From Neoechinorhynchus agilis (taxonomy: Eukaryota; Animalia; Acanthocephala), in assembly GCA_051530055.1 (NCBI GenBank), contig CM121343.1:6604389-6668388 (forward strand): a stretch of DNA of 64,000 nt. Direction: 5' to 3'. The position numbers and the translations under genes were made by a program. The notes beneath the pieces are model-generated. The model searched no databases and was not told the DNA's origin. It was given only the letters and a program-made list of their open reading frames with translations. Positions 14,040-25,900 of the stretch are shown one piece after another. Every line of letters begins with the position of its first letter. The first letter of the stretch is position 1.

Positions 14040-16315
14040 ATAATCCTCTTGTGGCGATTCACACTCCGAGAATCAGTTTTATTTTGTAATATTTCGTGGG
14101 CCAAACCTTTTCAAACATTGTCATCTGAAAAACCAAAACATAGATTGCATTAGCCTATTTCCGATTGCTCTGCATGGCTCGGGATCGCGGGGTTTCCATT
14201 CCCGTGGACCTGGGCGCTTCATGATAACATTCGGGTGACAAGTAATCCTCTTGTGGCGATTCACACCCCGAGAGTCAGTTTTATTTTGTAATATTTCGTG
14301 GGCCAAACCTTTTCAAACATTTTCATCTGAAAAAAACCGAAACATAGATTGCATTAGCCTATTTCCGATTGCTCAGCATGGCTCGGGCTCGCAGGGTTGC
14401 CATTCCCGTGGACCGGGGCGCTTCATGATAACATTCGGGTGACAAGTAATCCTCTTGTGGCGATTCACACCCCGAGAGTCAGTTTTATTTTGTAATATTT
14501 CGTGGGCCAAACCTTTTCAAACATTGTCATCTGAAAAACCGAAACATAGATTGCATTAGCCTATTTCCGATTGCTCTGCATGGCTCGGGCTCGCAGGGTT
14601 GCCATTCCCGTGGACCGGGGCGCTTCATGATAACATTCGGGTGACAAGTAATCCTCTTGTGGCGATTCACACCCCGAGAGTCAGTTTTATTTTGTAATAT
14701 TTCGTGGGCCAAACCTTTTCAAACATTGTCATCTGAAAAACCGAAACATAGATTGCATTAGCCTATTTCCGATTGCTCTGCATGGCTCGGGATCGCAGGG
14801 TTGCCATTCCCGTGGACCGGGGCGCTTCATGATAACATTCGGGTGACAAGTAATCCTCTTGTGGCGATTCACACCCCGAGAGTCAGTTTTATTTTGTAAT
14901 ATTTCGTGGGCCAAACCTTTTCAAACATTTTCATCTGAAAAAAACCGAAACATAGATTGCATTAGCCTATTTCCGATTGCTCTGCATGGCTCGGGATCGC
15001 AGGGTTGCCATTCCCGTGGACCGGGGCGCTTCATGATAACATTCGGGTGACAAGTAATCCTCTTGTGGCGATTCACACCCCGAGAATCAGTTTTATTTTG
15101 TAACATTTCGTGGGCCAAACCTTTTCAAACATTTTCATCTGAAAAAAACCGAAACATAGATTGCATTAGCCTATTTCCGATTGCTCTGCATGGCTCGGGA
15201 TCGCAGGGTTGCCATTCCCGTGGACCGGGGCGCTTCATGATAACATTCGGGTGACAAGTAATCCTCTTGTGGCGATTCACACCCCGAGAATCAGTTTTAT
15301 TTTGTAACATTTCGTGGGCCAAACCTTTTCAAACATTTTCATCTGAAAAAAACCGAAACATAGATTGCATTAGCCTATTTCCGATTGCTCTGCATGGCTC
15401 GGGCTCGCAGGGTTGCCATTCCCGTGGACCGGGGCGCTTCATGATAACATTCGGGTGACAAGTAATCCTCTTGTGGCGATTCACACCCCGAGAATCAGTT
15501 TTATTTTGTAATATTTCGTGGGCCAAACCTTTTCAAACATTTTCATCTGAAAAAAACCGAAACATAGATTGCATTAGCCTATTTCCGATTGCTCTGCATG
15601 GCTCGGGCTCGCGGGGTTGCCATTCCCGTGGACCGGGGCGCTTCATGATAACATTCGGGTGACAAGTAATCCTCTTGTGGCGATTCACACTCCGAGAATC
15701 AGTTTTATTTTGTAATATTTCGTGGGCCAAACCTTTTCAAACATTTTCATCTGAAAAAAAACCGAAACATAGATTGCATTAGCCTATTTCCGATTGCTCT
15801 GCATGGCTCGAGCTCGCGGGGTTGCCATTCCCGTGGACCGGGGCGCTTCATGATAATATTCGGGTGACAAGTAATCCTCTTGTGGCGATTCACACCCCGA
15901 GAATCAGTTTTATTTTGTAATATTTCGTGGGCCAAACTTTTTCAAACATTTTCATCTGAAAAAACCGAAACATAGATTGCATTAGCCTATTTCCGATTGC
16001 TCTGCATGGCTCGAGCTCGCAGGGTTGCCATTCCCGTGGACCGGGGCGCTTCATGATAATATTCGGGTGACAAGTAATCCTCTTGTGGCGATTCACACCC
16101 CGAGAATCAGTTTTATTTTGTAATATTTCGTGGGCCAAACCTTTTCAAACATTTTCATCTGAAAAAAACCGAAACATAGATTGCATTAGCCTATTTCCGA
16201 TTGCTCTGCATGGCTCGGGATCGCGAGATGACAATGTTTGAAAAGGTTTAGCCCACGAATTATTACAAAATAAAACTGATATTCGGGGTGTGAATCGCCA
16301 CAAGAGGATTACTTT
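14040..16315. repeat. Tandem array 3 (~204 bp unit, ~11 copies) closed by an inverted copy of its first ~90 bp (foldback element)
   Basis: Repeated ORFs are 204 bp apart (14921, 15125, 15329, 15533). 16226-16315 is the reverse complement of the unit segment aagtaatcctcttgtggcg...aaacattgtcatct. Confidence 0.93.
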
Positions 16316-16792
16316 TCAAAGGATATTAAATACTCAAAATAATAATTTCTGATCCTATTGGAAGACGGTACCGAGATTCGAGTTGACTAATTGTCAATAT
16401 TGTTTAAAAAATCATTTGTGAGATCAGTCCCAATGATAGAATATCAGCTTCACACAATCTGTTAAGATAAAAAGTACTAGCGCGGACTATTTAAGACCAT
16501 GTAAAAACTAAAGATCCAACTCTACAAACAATATCCACCAATTTTCCCACTCCAAAATCAACAACCGTATTTCTTTAACAAGAAGACGAGTGTTTATGAG
16601 GATCCAAAGGTACATTGGTCCAATTCTTTATTAATTAACAAATAAACGTATTATTGTAATCGGAAACTTAAATGTTTTAACTGATTTACTTTGTTAATTG
16701 AAGAAAATTCGTGGATATGACTTACAAAGAAATTGTTCATGTTTATTTGTGTTATTTGGTGATTGAGAAGAATAGAGATTGATTTCTTGTTT

Positions 16793-16830
16793 CCAATATT
16801 TCGTCCGTCTCGTCGAACTTCTTCAGGTTG
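16793..16830 (-). ncRNA. Minimal type-I hammerhead ribozyme motif
   Basis: Minus strand reads CUGAAGA-A-GUUCG(acgaga)CGGAC-GAAA-UA-UU: 5-bp stem II, palindromic AUAU helix III, weak stem I. Confidence 0.6.
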
Positions 16831-16914
16831 TGTGTAAGTTTTTAAATAAAGCGAACCACATAATTTTTTTTCAGTCGCTATTGCTTGTAAGTTTTTAAAT
16901 AATGAGTATCGACT

Positions 16915-17010
16915 TTTCTTTACATTCACCACCTCCCACCAAATTCCAGCTTTTGTCCTTCCTCGACCGTCGCCATCACGCTGGCAGCATTGCTAAAAAA
17001 GGAAACGAAC
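16915..17010 (-). mobile_element. 3' end fragment of a CRE/NeSL-like (RLE) non-LTR retrotransposon
   Basis: SNAASVMATVEEGQKLEFGGRW* matches the RGNAASVVAT...RW* C-terminus seen in the other copies in this window. Confidence 0.55.
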
Positions 17011-17449
17011 GTGACGGATGAAATATTGGTAATTAAAAAATCAATAAAGAACACAGAAAAGAGTAGATATGGAGTGATTGGCTTCTTTGAGCTAAAAACA
17101 CAAACGCCACTTCGAAAACCCTTCAAATGTCCGCAATTGCTCATTGGCCATGATGGAATAATACTAGGAAAATCTTTTAATTAACTTAATTTAATTATAC
17201 TCGCAGCATCAATGGTGACCAATCTCTCCGCCGCCGATCCAAAACGTCCAATTCTATACGTCATTGTTCAAAAAGCTACCTCGATTTGATTAGCGACCAC
17301 GGAAGAACTCAACGCACTCACCGAAGCATTAAGTGTGTTAACCGCGGAAGTCGTTTGAATGCGCCTCATGGAGAATTTGGTTACGTTTGCACTTCGGTGT
17401 CGCTAGTCCTTGGATTGGTATAATTTTTAGAATTAGCAGCTTCGCCGTC

Positions 17450-18384
17450 ATGAGTAGTTCGGACGAGATATCTTGGATTTCATGGTTTTGCGGGATTCGC
17501 GGGAATGAAATGTTTTGCGAGGTACGCGTGACGTATTGATTATTTTTGTGACGTCATCGATGCTGCAGGTGGAAGAAGACTTTATTCAGGATAAATTTAA
17601 CCTAACTGGTCTTCACGAGATGGTTCCACATTACAGGCAAGCGCTGGACATGGTGCTTGATTTGGAAGCAGGTTGGTCAATGGGGATTTGTGTTTTCGCG
17701 ACGTAAATGCTTTCTAGATGACACTCTGGATGATAACCCGCATCAAAATGACGTCATAGAACAAGCGGCGGAGATGCTTTACGGTTTAGTTTAAGGGTTC
17801 ATGAGTGGGGTTTAGCCTCTTTTTTACGGTTCATTAACCCCTGAAGTAATTCACGCTCGATATATACTGACCATGTCGGGTTTAAATCAAATGATTGAGA
17901 AACTCCGGAATGGAGATTTCGGCTACTGCCCTCGTGTGTTCTGCCAGGATCAACCAATGTTACCGGTCGGTCTCTCGGACGTACTGGGTGAAGCAATGGT
18001 TAAGTTGTATTGTCCAAAATGTATGGACGTCTACACTCCTAAATCATCTCGATATCACCACATCGACGGTGCATACTTCGGTACCGGATTCCCTCATATG
18101 CTCTTTATGGTCCATCCGGAGCTAAGACCGCCTAGACCGTCCGCACACTACGTTGCTAGGTAAGATTTAAACTTTAGTCTTGTAATCGTCGTTTTGTAAG
18201 GTTGTACGGGTTCAAAGTCCATCCGAGCGCATACCAAATACAAAACCAATGTGCCGCCGCTGCCGCAGGCGCTCAAACTATCAGAAGCGATGATGATGTC
18301 AATATGGATGCGAATGTGCCAAACAACGGCTCGAGTCTAACTTTGACCTCCTCAAAATCGCATAATTTTCATCATAGGGAATGA
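17450..18384 (+). CDS. CSNK2B: Casein kinase II regulatory subunit beta
   Basis: Exons 17450-17521, 17569-17671, 17718-17788, 17849-18159 and 18201-18384 give [15 protein letters not shown]...[16 protein letters not shown]...CPRVFC...CPKC...[13 protein letters not shown]. Three GT-AG introns plus one non-canonical 60-nt insert (17789-17848). Confidence 0.95.
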
Positions 18385-19805
18385 ACATGGAGGAGAGTAT
18401 GCGTGTGTCGCCCGCTTGCTATTGGGAAACATCAATTATATGGCGTTTGTTGCTAAGCAGGACTTGCACTCCTCCAAATTCATGAAATCAATCTTTGCAA
18501 CCCTCTTTCCTAACTTCTTTTTAACGATTTAATTTCATTCGCGTTCCTTCAACAAATTTACCTTTTCTCAGCACAAAAAATCCCAGTCTGATATTATACT
18601 TTTAAGCAATTTTTAGCGTTTCTCTTTTGAACACGCTTCCAATAATTCTCAAAATCAGCGTCTTTCACTCCCAAATGCTTTGAATATTGATGACTTCTCT
18701 CCCTTAATGGGACGTGATGGCTGAAATGTATTTTTCAATTGACGCTTAAATCCGTCAATACTATAAGACGCTTACATTTTACGTACTGAAATGCTTTGTG
18801 GTAGATGGCCGCTTGGTTGAATGGTGGAAAGTGGTAAAAAGGAAAGAAATATCCGTTATCGGTCTAATTTCCTATAAATAGCGCATCCGGCAGCAGAGTA
18901 TCAGGTCGTTGACCGAGTCTTCCCAATAACCGGACGACTGAAATGGCAACTTGGGATGTCTAATCAATAGAATCGGTCAAACCATTCTGTCTTTTTTGTC
19001 GAAATTAATTGAACTATGAAGATGTGTGTGTGTATTGATCACATTGATTTTCTAAAACTATTTCCCTATTTGAGGAATAATTTTCTTTAATTTGCACCCA
19101 GGACGGGGTGACGATTCCCGGATCCCGAGTCAAACGAACACTCTTGTTGTGAAATCAAGGCCTCATGTGCTTATTTTTTAGATTTGAATTTGATTGAATC
19201 GGTCGAAAGATTCATTCTTATTTAATGATAAAATAAAAATAACTATTGACAGAACAACTTATTTTATTCAAATTATTTCACCGCAGCTCCATTTTTTTTA
19301 GGTTGCAGCATGCCCATTTTTATAATTTTATTAAATATAAACGAAAAACATGTCTATCGCCCAAACGTATCTTAGCATAAATTAAAAAGGGTAGATTCTA
19401 AACTATGTTCAAAATTTTATCGATTGCAATTTCGATCCGTCTAAGCAAATTACAAAGCTGAAAATAAGCGAAGAATCCAATTTATTCAAAGCGTTCCCTC
19501 ATGACTTATCTTGAAAAAACTTACTAAAATATTTAATTCTGAATCTGCAGTATTTCTTTATTTGAGTGTAGAAAATAATCCAGAAAATCCTTAGACAATA
19601 TTTTTAAATTTTGCGATCACCATTCATAACCATAGGAGGATTAAATCGACTGACTCGATTCACCCGCGACGCAAAAATGTTGCCATCTCATTTACCAGAT
19701 AGAATTCACTTAAAATAAACGATAAGCTCTTACCAAGGAAATAACACTTCAACGAACAAACGATTTTATAGCGCTGAACACTCAAACTGCGGCACTGGGT
19801 GATGG

Positions 19806-20255
19806 ATGTGTATTGCTATGGCAACCATGACGCATCCATCCTTTGTGGTTGGTTATTTCGACAGAGAAATGGAAGATGAAGCGGTCACGCCGAGTAAAGC
19901 CACTATTATCCAAATTGCTAACAGTGTTGTGAATATGGTAGAGTGCTCAATGAACTCGATTAAGGATACAAATGAGTCATCGAATTTTTCGAATCCGATG
20001 ATACCACCAATGACAGACATTATTCTTCAGAAACTCCTTTATCTTGGATTTTTCTACAAGTTCACAGTTTTGATCGACTGGAGAATGAAAGAGGTGGTTT
20101 TACCGGATGAGGATACAGATAAATTCCCAGATTACAATAAGCGCGAATGTGCTTGCGATTTTCGTATTGATCGATTTACTGATTGGTCAATAGTAATTGA
20201 CGTTAACCACGATAACATGGACTGCCGAGTATGCATCTGCGCGTTTATGATCTAA
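19806..20255 (+). CDS. Hypothetical protein (149 aa ORF with a Cys-containing C-terminus)
   Basis: Uninterrupted ORF in very AT-rich context; no recognisable motif. Confidence 0.35.
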   Translation: MCIAMATMTHPSFVVGYFDREMEDEAVTPSKATIIQIANSVVNMVECSMNSIKDTNESSNFSNPMIPPMTDIILQKLLYLGFFYKFTVLIDWRMKEVVLPDEDTDKFPDYNKRECACDFRIDRFTDWSIVIDVNHDNMDCRVCICAFMI

Positions 20256-20330
20256 TAACAACAAATTACTTGGTTTTTAAAATTCTGATGCGTAAATTTA
20301 CAAAGATCTCAATTATCATAATTTCGGTGA

Positions 20331-20500
20331 ACATAGTCCCGGTCATAACCTATTTGATTTATAAGGGAAATATTTCGAAGGAGGTAACCTCGGCTCATCA
20401 GTCATTGCTAAAGTGTTTTATTTGCGAATGACTGATGAGGCGAGTTTACCTCCTCTGCGAAATATTTCCAATAAATCAAAATCGAATGAGCTATTACCGG
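20331..20500. mobile_element. Palindromic element with two outward-facing hammerhead cores (related copy at 20690-20815, fragment at 45350-45420)
   Basis: Minus-strand CUGAUGA...CUUC-GAAA-UAUU at 20368-20401 and plus-strand CUGAUGA...GC-GAAA-UAUU at 20432-20467, arranged as an inverted repeat. Confidence 0.65.
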
Positions 20501-21061
20501 GGGATTATTTTGAAGAAAAAATTATATACTTTGACTAACCCGAAGGATTTTCTCTATCGATTTCCTTGGGATGTTCAACTAGTGACAAGCAAAAAACCTT
20601 AAAAACATCTTTAACCAGAGCAAAAAAATACAATCAAATCATTTGAAAAAAATTGTACTAAGTAGAAGGTTATGATTTTTTTCGATGCAAACAATGACAG
20701 ATGAGACGAGGTTACCTCCTTCGAAATATTTCCCTTATAAATCAAATAGGTTATGACCGGGAGTATGTTCACCAAAATTATACTTTGACTTAAGCGAAAG
20801 GATTTTCTATCGATGATTTCTCTTATCCTTCGACTGTCAATCGGGAATTACCCAGTAGTCCGTGTCATGATCCTGGTAAATTGGACAGCTTTTGTATGTG
20901 GCCAGGGGAAGCTCAAAAGGCGCATATGAAATCGGGACGTTGTTCAATGGCCTCTCAAGCAAAACAAACGAGGCCCGATATAGCCCAAGAATTTTAGGTG
21001 GATTTAACATCTTTAGTTTCTACGCCGAAAGCTTCTTCATATCGTCTTTAGTAGTTAGGTT

Positions 21062-21279
21062 TTCCTGTTGTACGGATCAAACCCCGAGAAATATTCTCTT
21101 ATTACTTAATATTTCGTGGCCAAAATCCACCTCTTCAGACATTTCTAAGGTAAGTTTTTAATGACACAAACTCATATACTTAAAAACTTACCTTAGCAAT
21201 GCCTGAAGAGGTGGATTTTGGCCACGAAATATTAAGTAATAAGAGAATATTTCTCGGGGTTTGATCCGAACAACAAGAA
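21062..21279. mobile_element. Near-perfect ~95-bp-arm palindrome carrying two hammerhead cores
   Basis: Arms are reverse complements; each reads CUGAAGA-G-GUGG(auuuugg)CCAC-GAAA-UA-UU (21108-21138 minus; 21203-21233 plus). Confidence 0.75.
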
Positions 21280-21399
21280 TATCTTTCCATCGGAATGTGA
21301 TCCTACATGAAACTTAAGTTTTAGTGAATTTGAACCCACTCATCGATTACGTAATATTCTTTGTAAAATTTTCTCTTGACTTACTTTTCTTTAAAGCGG

Positions 21400-21610
21400 A
21401 AAGAGACTTTAAAATGAATTTAGTTTTTCTGGAATGTACAGTTACTCGTTTAAAAAAAACTGGAAATACAAGAGCTGGTGCCTTTCTACGCCAAAACATT
21501 GGTCTCACGATCCAAAGAGGAAACGCAGCGAGTGTGGTCGCGACCACTGAGGGGCGAGCGATGCCTCTTCTTCGTGGACGGTGGTGATTGTTGAAACGTT
21601 TTGTTGTTGT
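21400..21610 (+). mobile_element. 3' end fragment of a CRE/NeSL-like retrotransposon
   Basis: RAGAFLRQNIGLTIQRGNAASVVAT, the typical C-terminus after the restriction-like endonuclease. Confidence 0.75.
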
Positions 21611-21933
21611 ATGTAAATGAAAGGGTTGCTTTCAAAAAAATGCTTCAGGTTCCCGAATAGCACACGTGCGTGCGTTGTTCAGAACCGTGAAAACGGAGTA
21701 AAACTCCGAAATATCGGTCCAAAATGAAAACATTTATTTTCAATCGCTTCAGTTGCTTAGATAACGACGATCGAAAACATACTGTCAATATAAATCTTTT
21801 TACTAAAACTGACGTGAATGCTCCAGATCCCAATTAGGCTCAACGGATTCAAATCCGTTACCGCCGCATAACCAAAAGGTGACGAAATACCTCGATGAAG
21901 AGAAGAAACTCACTGATGAGTCCCGGAGCACTC

Positions 21934-24900
21934 AGCGCAGACCAGCGCTTCCCAGACTAAAATCGGTGGACTGTGTGTTCATTTGGCCGTAAAAAAGACT
22001 ACCAGCTGAGCCTCCGATGAAAATGCTAAAAAATGAAAATTCTTTTACCGAGGTATTCAACTTGGAACAGCTTTTAAATATATTTTATCCACATGGAAAG
22101 CTTGGGATATCTCGGTGGTTTCGGGCTGAAGATCTGAAATGGTTCTGTCTACTGAGGATCCGACGAGCGCAGACCAGCGCTTCCCAGACTAAAATCGGTG
22201 GACTGTGTGTTCATTTGGCCGTAAAAAAGATTACCAGCTGAGCCTCCGATGAAAATGCTAAAAAATGAAAATGCGTTTACCGAGGTATTCAACTTGGAAC
22301 AGCTTTTAAACATATTTTATCCACATGGAAAGCTTGGGATATCTCGGTGGTTTCGGGCTGAGGATCTGAAATGGTTCTGTCTACTGAGGATCCGACGAGC
22401 GCAGACCAGAGCTTCCCAGACTAAAATCGGTGGACTGTGTGTTCATTTGGCCGTAAAAAAGATTACCAGCTGAGCCTCCGATGAAAATGCTAAAAAATGA
22501 AAATTCTTTTACCGAGGTATTCAACTTGGAACAGCTTTTAAATATATTTTATCCACATGGAAAGCTTGGGATATCTCGGTGGTTTCGGGCTGAGGATCTG
22601 AAATGGTTCTGTCTACTGAGGATCCGACGAGCGCAGACCAGCGCTTCCCAGACTAAAATCGGTGGACTGTGTGTTCATTTGGCCGTAAAAAAGACTACCA
22701 GCTGAGCCTCCGATGAAAATGCTAAAAAATGAAAATGCGTTTACCGAGGTATTCAACTTGGAACAGCTTTTAAATATATTTTATCCACATGGAAAGCTTG
22801 GGATATCTCGGTGGTTTCGGGCTGAGGATCTGAAATGGTTCTGTCTACTGAGGATCCGACGAGCGCAGACCAGCGCTTCCCAGACTAAAATCGGTGGACT
22901 GTGTGTTCATTTGGCCGTAAAAAAGACTACCAGCTGAGCCTCCGATGAAAATGCTAAAAAATGAAAATTCTTTTACCGAGGTATTCAACTTGGAACAGCT
23001 TTTAAATATATTTTATCCACATGGAAAGCTTGGGATATCTCGGTGGTTTCGGGCTGAGGATCTGAAATGGTTCTGTCTACTGAGGATCCGACGAGCGCAG
23101 ACCAGCGCTTCCCAGACTAAAATCGGTGGACTGTGTGTTCATTTGGCCGTAAAAAAGACTACCAGCTGAGCCTCCGATGAAAATGCTAAAAAATGAAAAT
23201 TCTTTTACCGAGGTATTCAACTTGGAACAGCTTTTAAATATATTTTATCCACATGGAAAGCTTGGGATATCTCGGTGGTTTCGGGCTGAGGATCTGAAAT
23301 GGTTCTGTCTACTGAGGATCCGACGAGCGCAGACCAGCGCTTCCCAGACTAAAATCGGTGGACTGTGTGTTCATTTGGCCGTAAAAAAGACTACCAGCTG
23401 AGCCTCCGATGAAAATGCTAAAAAATGAAAATTCTTTTACCGAGGTATTCAACTTGGAACAGCTTTTAAATATATTTTATCCACATGGAAAGCTTGGGAT
23501 ATCTCGGTGGTTTCGGGCTGAGGATCTGAAATGGTTCTGTCTACTGAGGATCCGACGAGCGCAGACCAGCTTCCCAGACTAAAATCGGTGGACTGTGTGT
23601 TCATTTGGCCGTAAAAAAGACTACCAGCTGAGCCTCCGATGAAAATGCTAAAAAATGAAAATTTTTTACCGAGGTATTCAACTTGGAACAGCTTTTAAAT
23701 ATATTTTATCCACGTGGAAAGCTTGGGATATCTCGGTGGTTTCGGGCTGAGGATCTGAAATGGTTCTGTCTACTGAGGATCCGACGAGCGCAGACCAGCG
23801 CTTCCCAGACTAAAATCGGTGGACTGTGTGTTCATTTGGCCGTAAAAAAGACTACCAGCTGAGCCTCCGATGAAAATGCTAAAAAATGAAAATTCTTTTA
23901 CCGAGGTATTCAACTTGGAACAGCTTTTAAATATATTTTATCCACATGGAAAGCTTGGGATATCTCGGTGGTTTCGGGCTGAGGATCTGAAATGGTTCTG
24001 TCTACTGAGGATCCGACGAGCGCAGACCAGCGCTTCCCAGACTAAAATCGGTGGACTGTGTGTTCATTTGGCCGTAAAAAAGACTACCAGCTGAGCCTCC
24101 GATGAAAATGCTAAAAAATGAAAATTCTTTTACCGAGGTATTCAACTTGGAACAGCTTTTAAATATATTTTATCCACATGGAAAGCTTGGGATATCTCGG
24201 TGGTTTCGGGCTGAGGATCTGAAATGGTTCTGTCTACTGAGGATCCGACGAGCGCAGACCAGCGCTTCCCAGACTAAAATCGGTGGACTGTGTGTTCATT
24301 TGGCCGTAAAAAAGACTACCAGCTGAGCCTCCGATGAAAATGCTAAAAAATGAAAATTCGTTTACCGAGGTATTCAACTTGGAACAGCTTTTAAATATAT
24401 TTTATCCACATGGAAAGCTTGGGATATCTCGGTGGTTTCGGGCTGAGGATCTGAAATGGTTCTGTCTACTGAGGATCCGACGAGCGCAGACCAGCGCTTC
24501 CCAGACTAAAATCGGTGGACTGTGTGTTCATTTGGCCGTAAAAAAGACTACCAGCTGAGCCTCCGATGAAAATGCTAAAAAATGAAAATTCTTTTACCGA
24601 GGTATTCAACTTGGAACAGCTTTTAAATATATTTTATCCACATGGAAAGCTTGGGATATCTCGGTGGTTTCGGGCTGAGGATCTGAAATGGTTCTGTCTA
24701 CTGAGGATCCGACGAGCGCAGACCAGCGCTTCCCAGACTAAAATCGGTGGACTGTGTGTTCATTTGGCCGTAAAAAAGACTACCAGCTGAGCCTCCGATG
24801 AAAATGCTAAAAAATGAAAATTCTTTTACCGAGGTATTCAACTTGGAACAGCTTTTAAATATATTTTATCCACATGGAAAGCTTGGGATATCTCGGTGGT

Positions 24901-25551
24901 TTCGGGCTGAGGATCTGAAATGGTTCTGTCTACTGAGGATCCGACGAGCGCAGACCAGCTTCCCAGACTAAAATCGGTGGACTGTGTGTTCATTTGGCCG
25001 TAAAAAAGACTACCAGCTGAGCCTCCGATGAAAATGCTAAAAAATGAAAATTCTTTTACCGAGGTATTCAACTTGGAACAGCTTTTAAATATATTTTATC
25101 CACATGGAAAGCTTGGGATATCTCGGTGGTTTCGGGCTGAGGATCTGAAATGGTTCTGTCTACTGAGGATCCGACGAGCGCAGACCAGCGCTTCCCAGAC
25201 TAAAATCGGTGGACTGTGTGTTCATTTGGCCGTAAAAAAGACTACCAGCTGAGCCTCCGATGAAAATGCTAAAAAATGAAAATTCTTTTACCGAGGTATT
25301 CAACTTGGAATAGCTTTTAAATATATTTTATCCACATGGAAAGCTTGGGATATCTCGGTGGTTTCGGGCTGAAGATCCGAAATGGTTCTGTCTACTGAGG
25401 ATCCGACGAGCGCAGACCAGCGCTTCCCAGACCAAAATCGGTGGACTGTGTGTTCATTTGGCCGTAAAAAAGACTACCAACTGAGCCTCCGATGAAAATG
25501 CTAAAAAATGAAAATTCTTTTACCGAGGTATTCAACTTGGAATAGCTTTTA
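21934..25551. repeat. Tandem array 4, 232 bp unit, ~15.5 highly homogeneous copies
   Basis: Identical 74-aa pseudo-ORFs every 232 bp (22017, 22249, 22481...). Confidence 0.97.
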
Positions 25552-25900
25552 AACAAATAAAATCAACTGTTACTTATTTAAATAAATTCTATTAAGGATA
25601 CATCGATTTTCCGTGAAACTAATTTTCCTACAAAATGATTCATTAGCGCTAAGGTTAAACCTATAGAACTGATGGTTTTGCTTAGTAAAAACTGGCAAAT
25701 TGTAATGAGGATTTTATCTTGTCTTGACGCTTCTTCAGCTATAAAAATATTTTGAGTTTTTCAAAGGAAAAACACACAATTTCAATCGTTATTTAGTTAA
25801 AATTGTCGCCCTTTGAAATAAAAAATTAGATTTCCCCCAAAAATCCATTCTGACATTCGAGTCGTTTTCGCATTCGATCAGATTAACTCCAAAGTTTTTC

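Noticed and set aside
18860-18970. TATA-like ctataaatag followed by a structured-looking stretch as an snRNA gene
   Set aside because: No match to U1, U2, U4, U5 or U6 hallmark sequences and no Sm site that I can identify.
21876-21925. Permuted hammerhead GAC-GAAA-UAC...CUGAUGA-GUC upstream of array 4
   Set aside because: Only a 3-bp stem II; stems I and III cannot be formed convincingly.
22120-22170. Hammerhead in array 4 (CUGA[A/G]GA-UCU-GAAA)
   Set aside because: No stem II, no palindromic helix III and no stem I. At most a relic.
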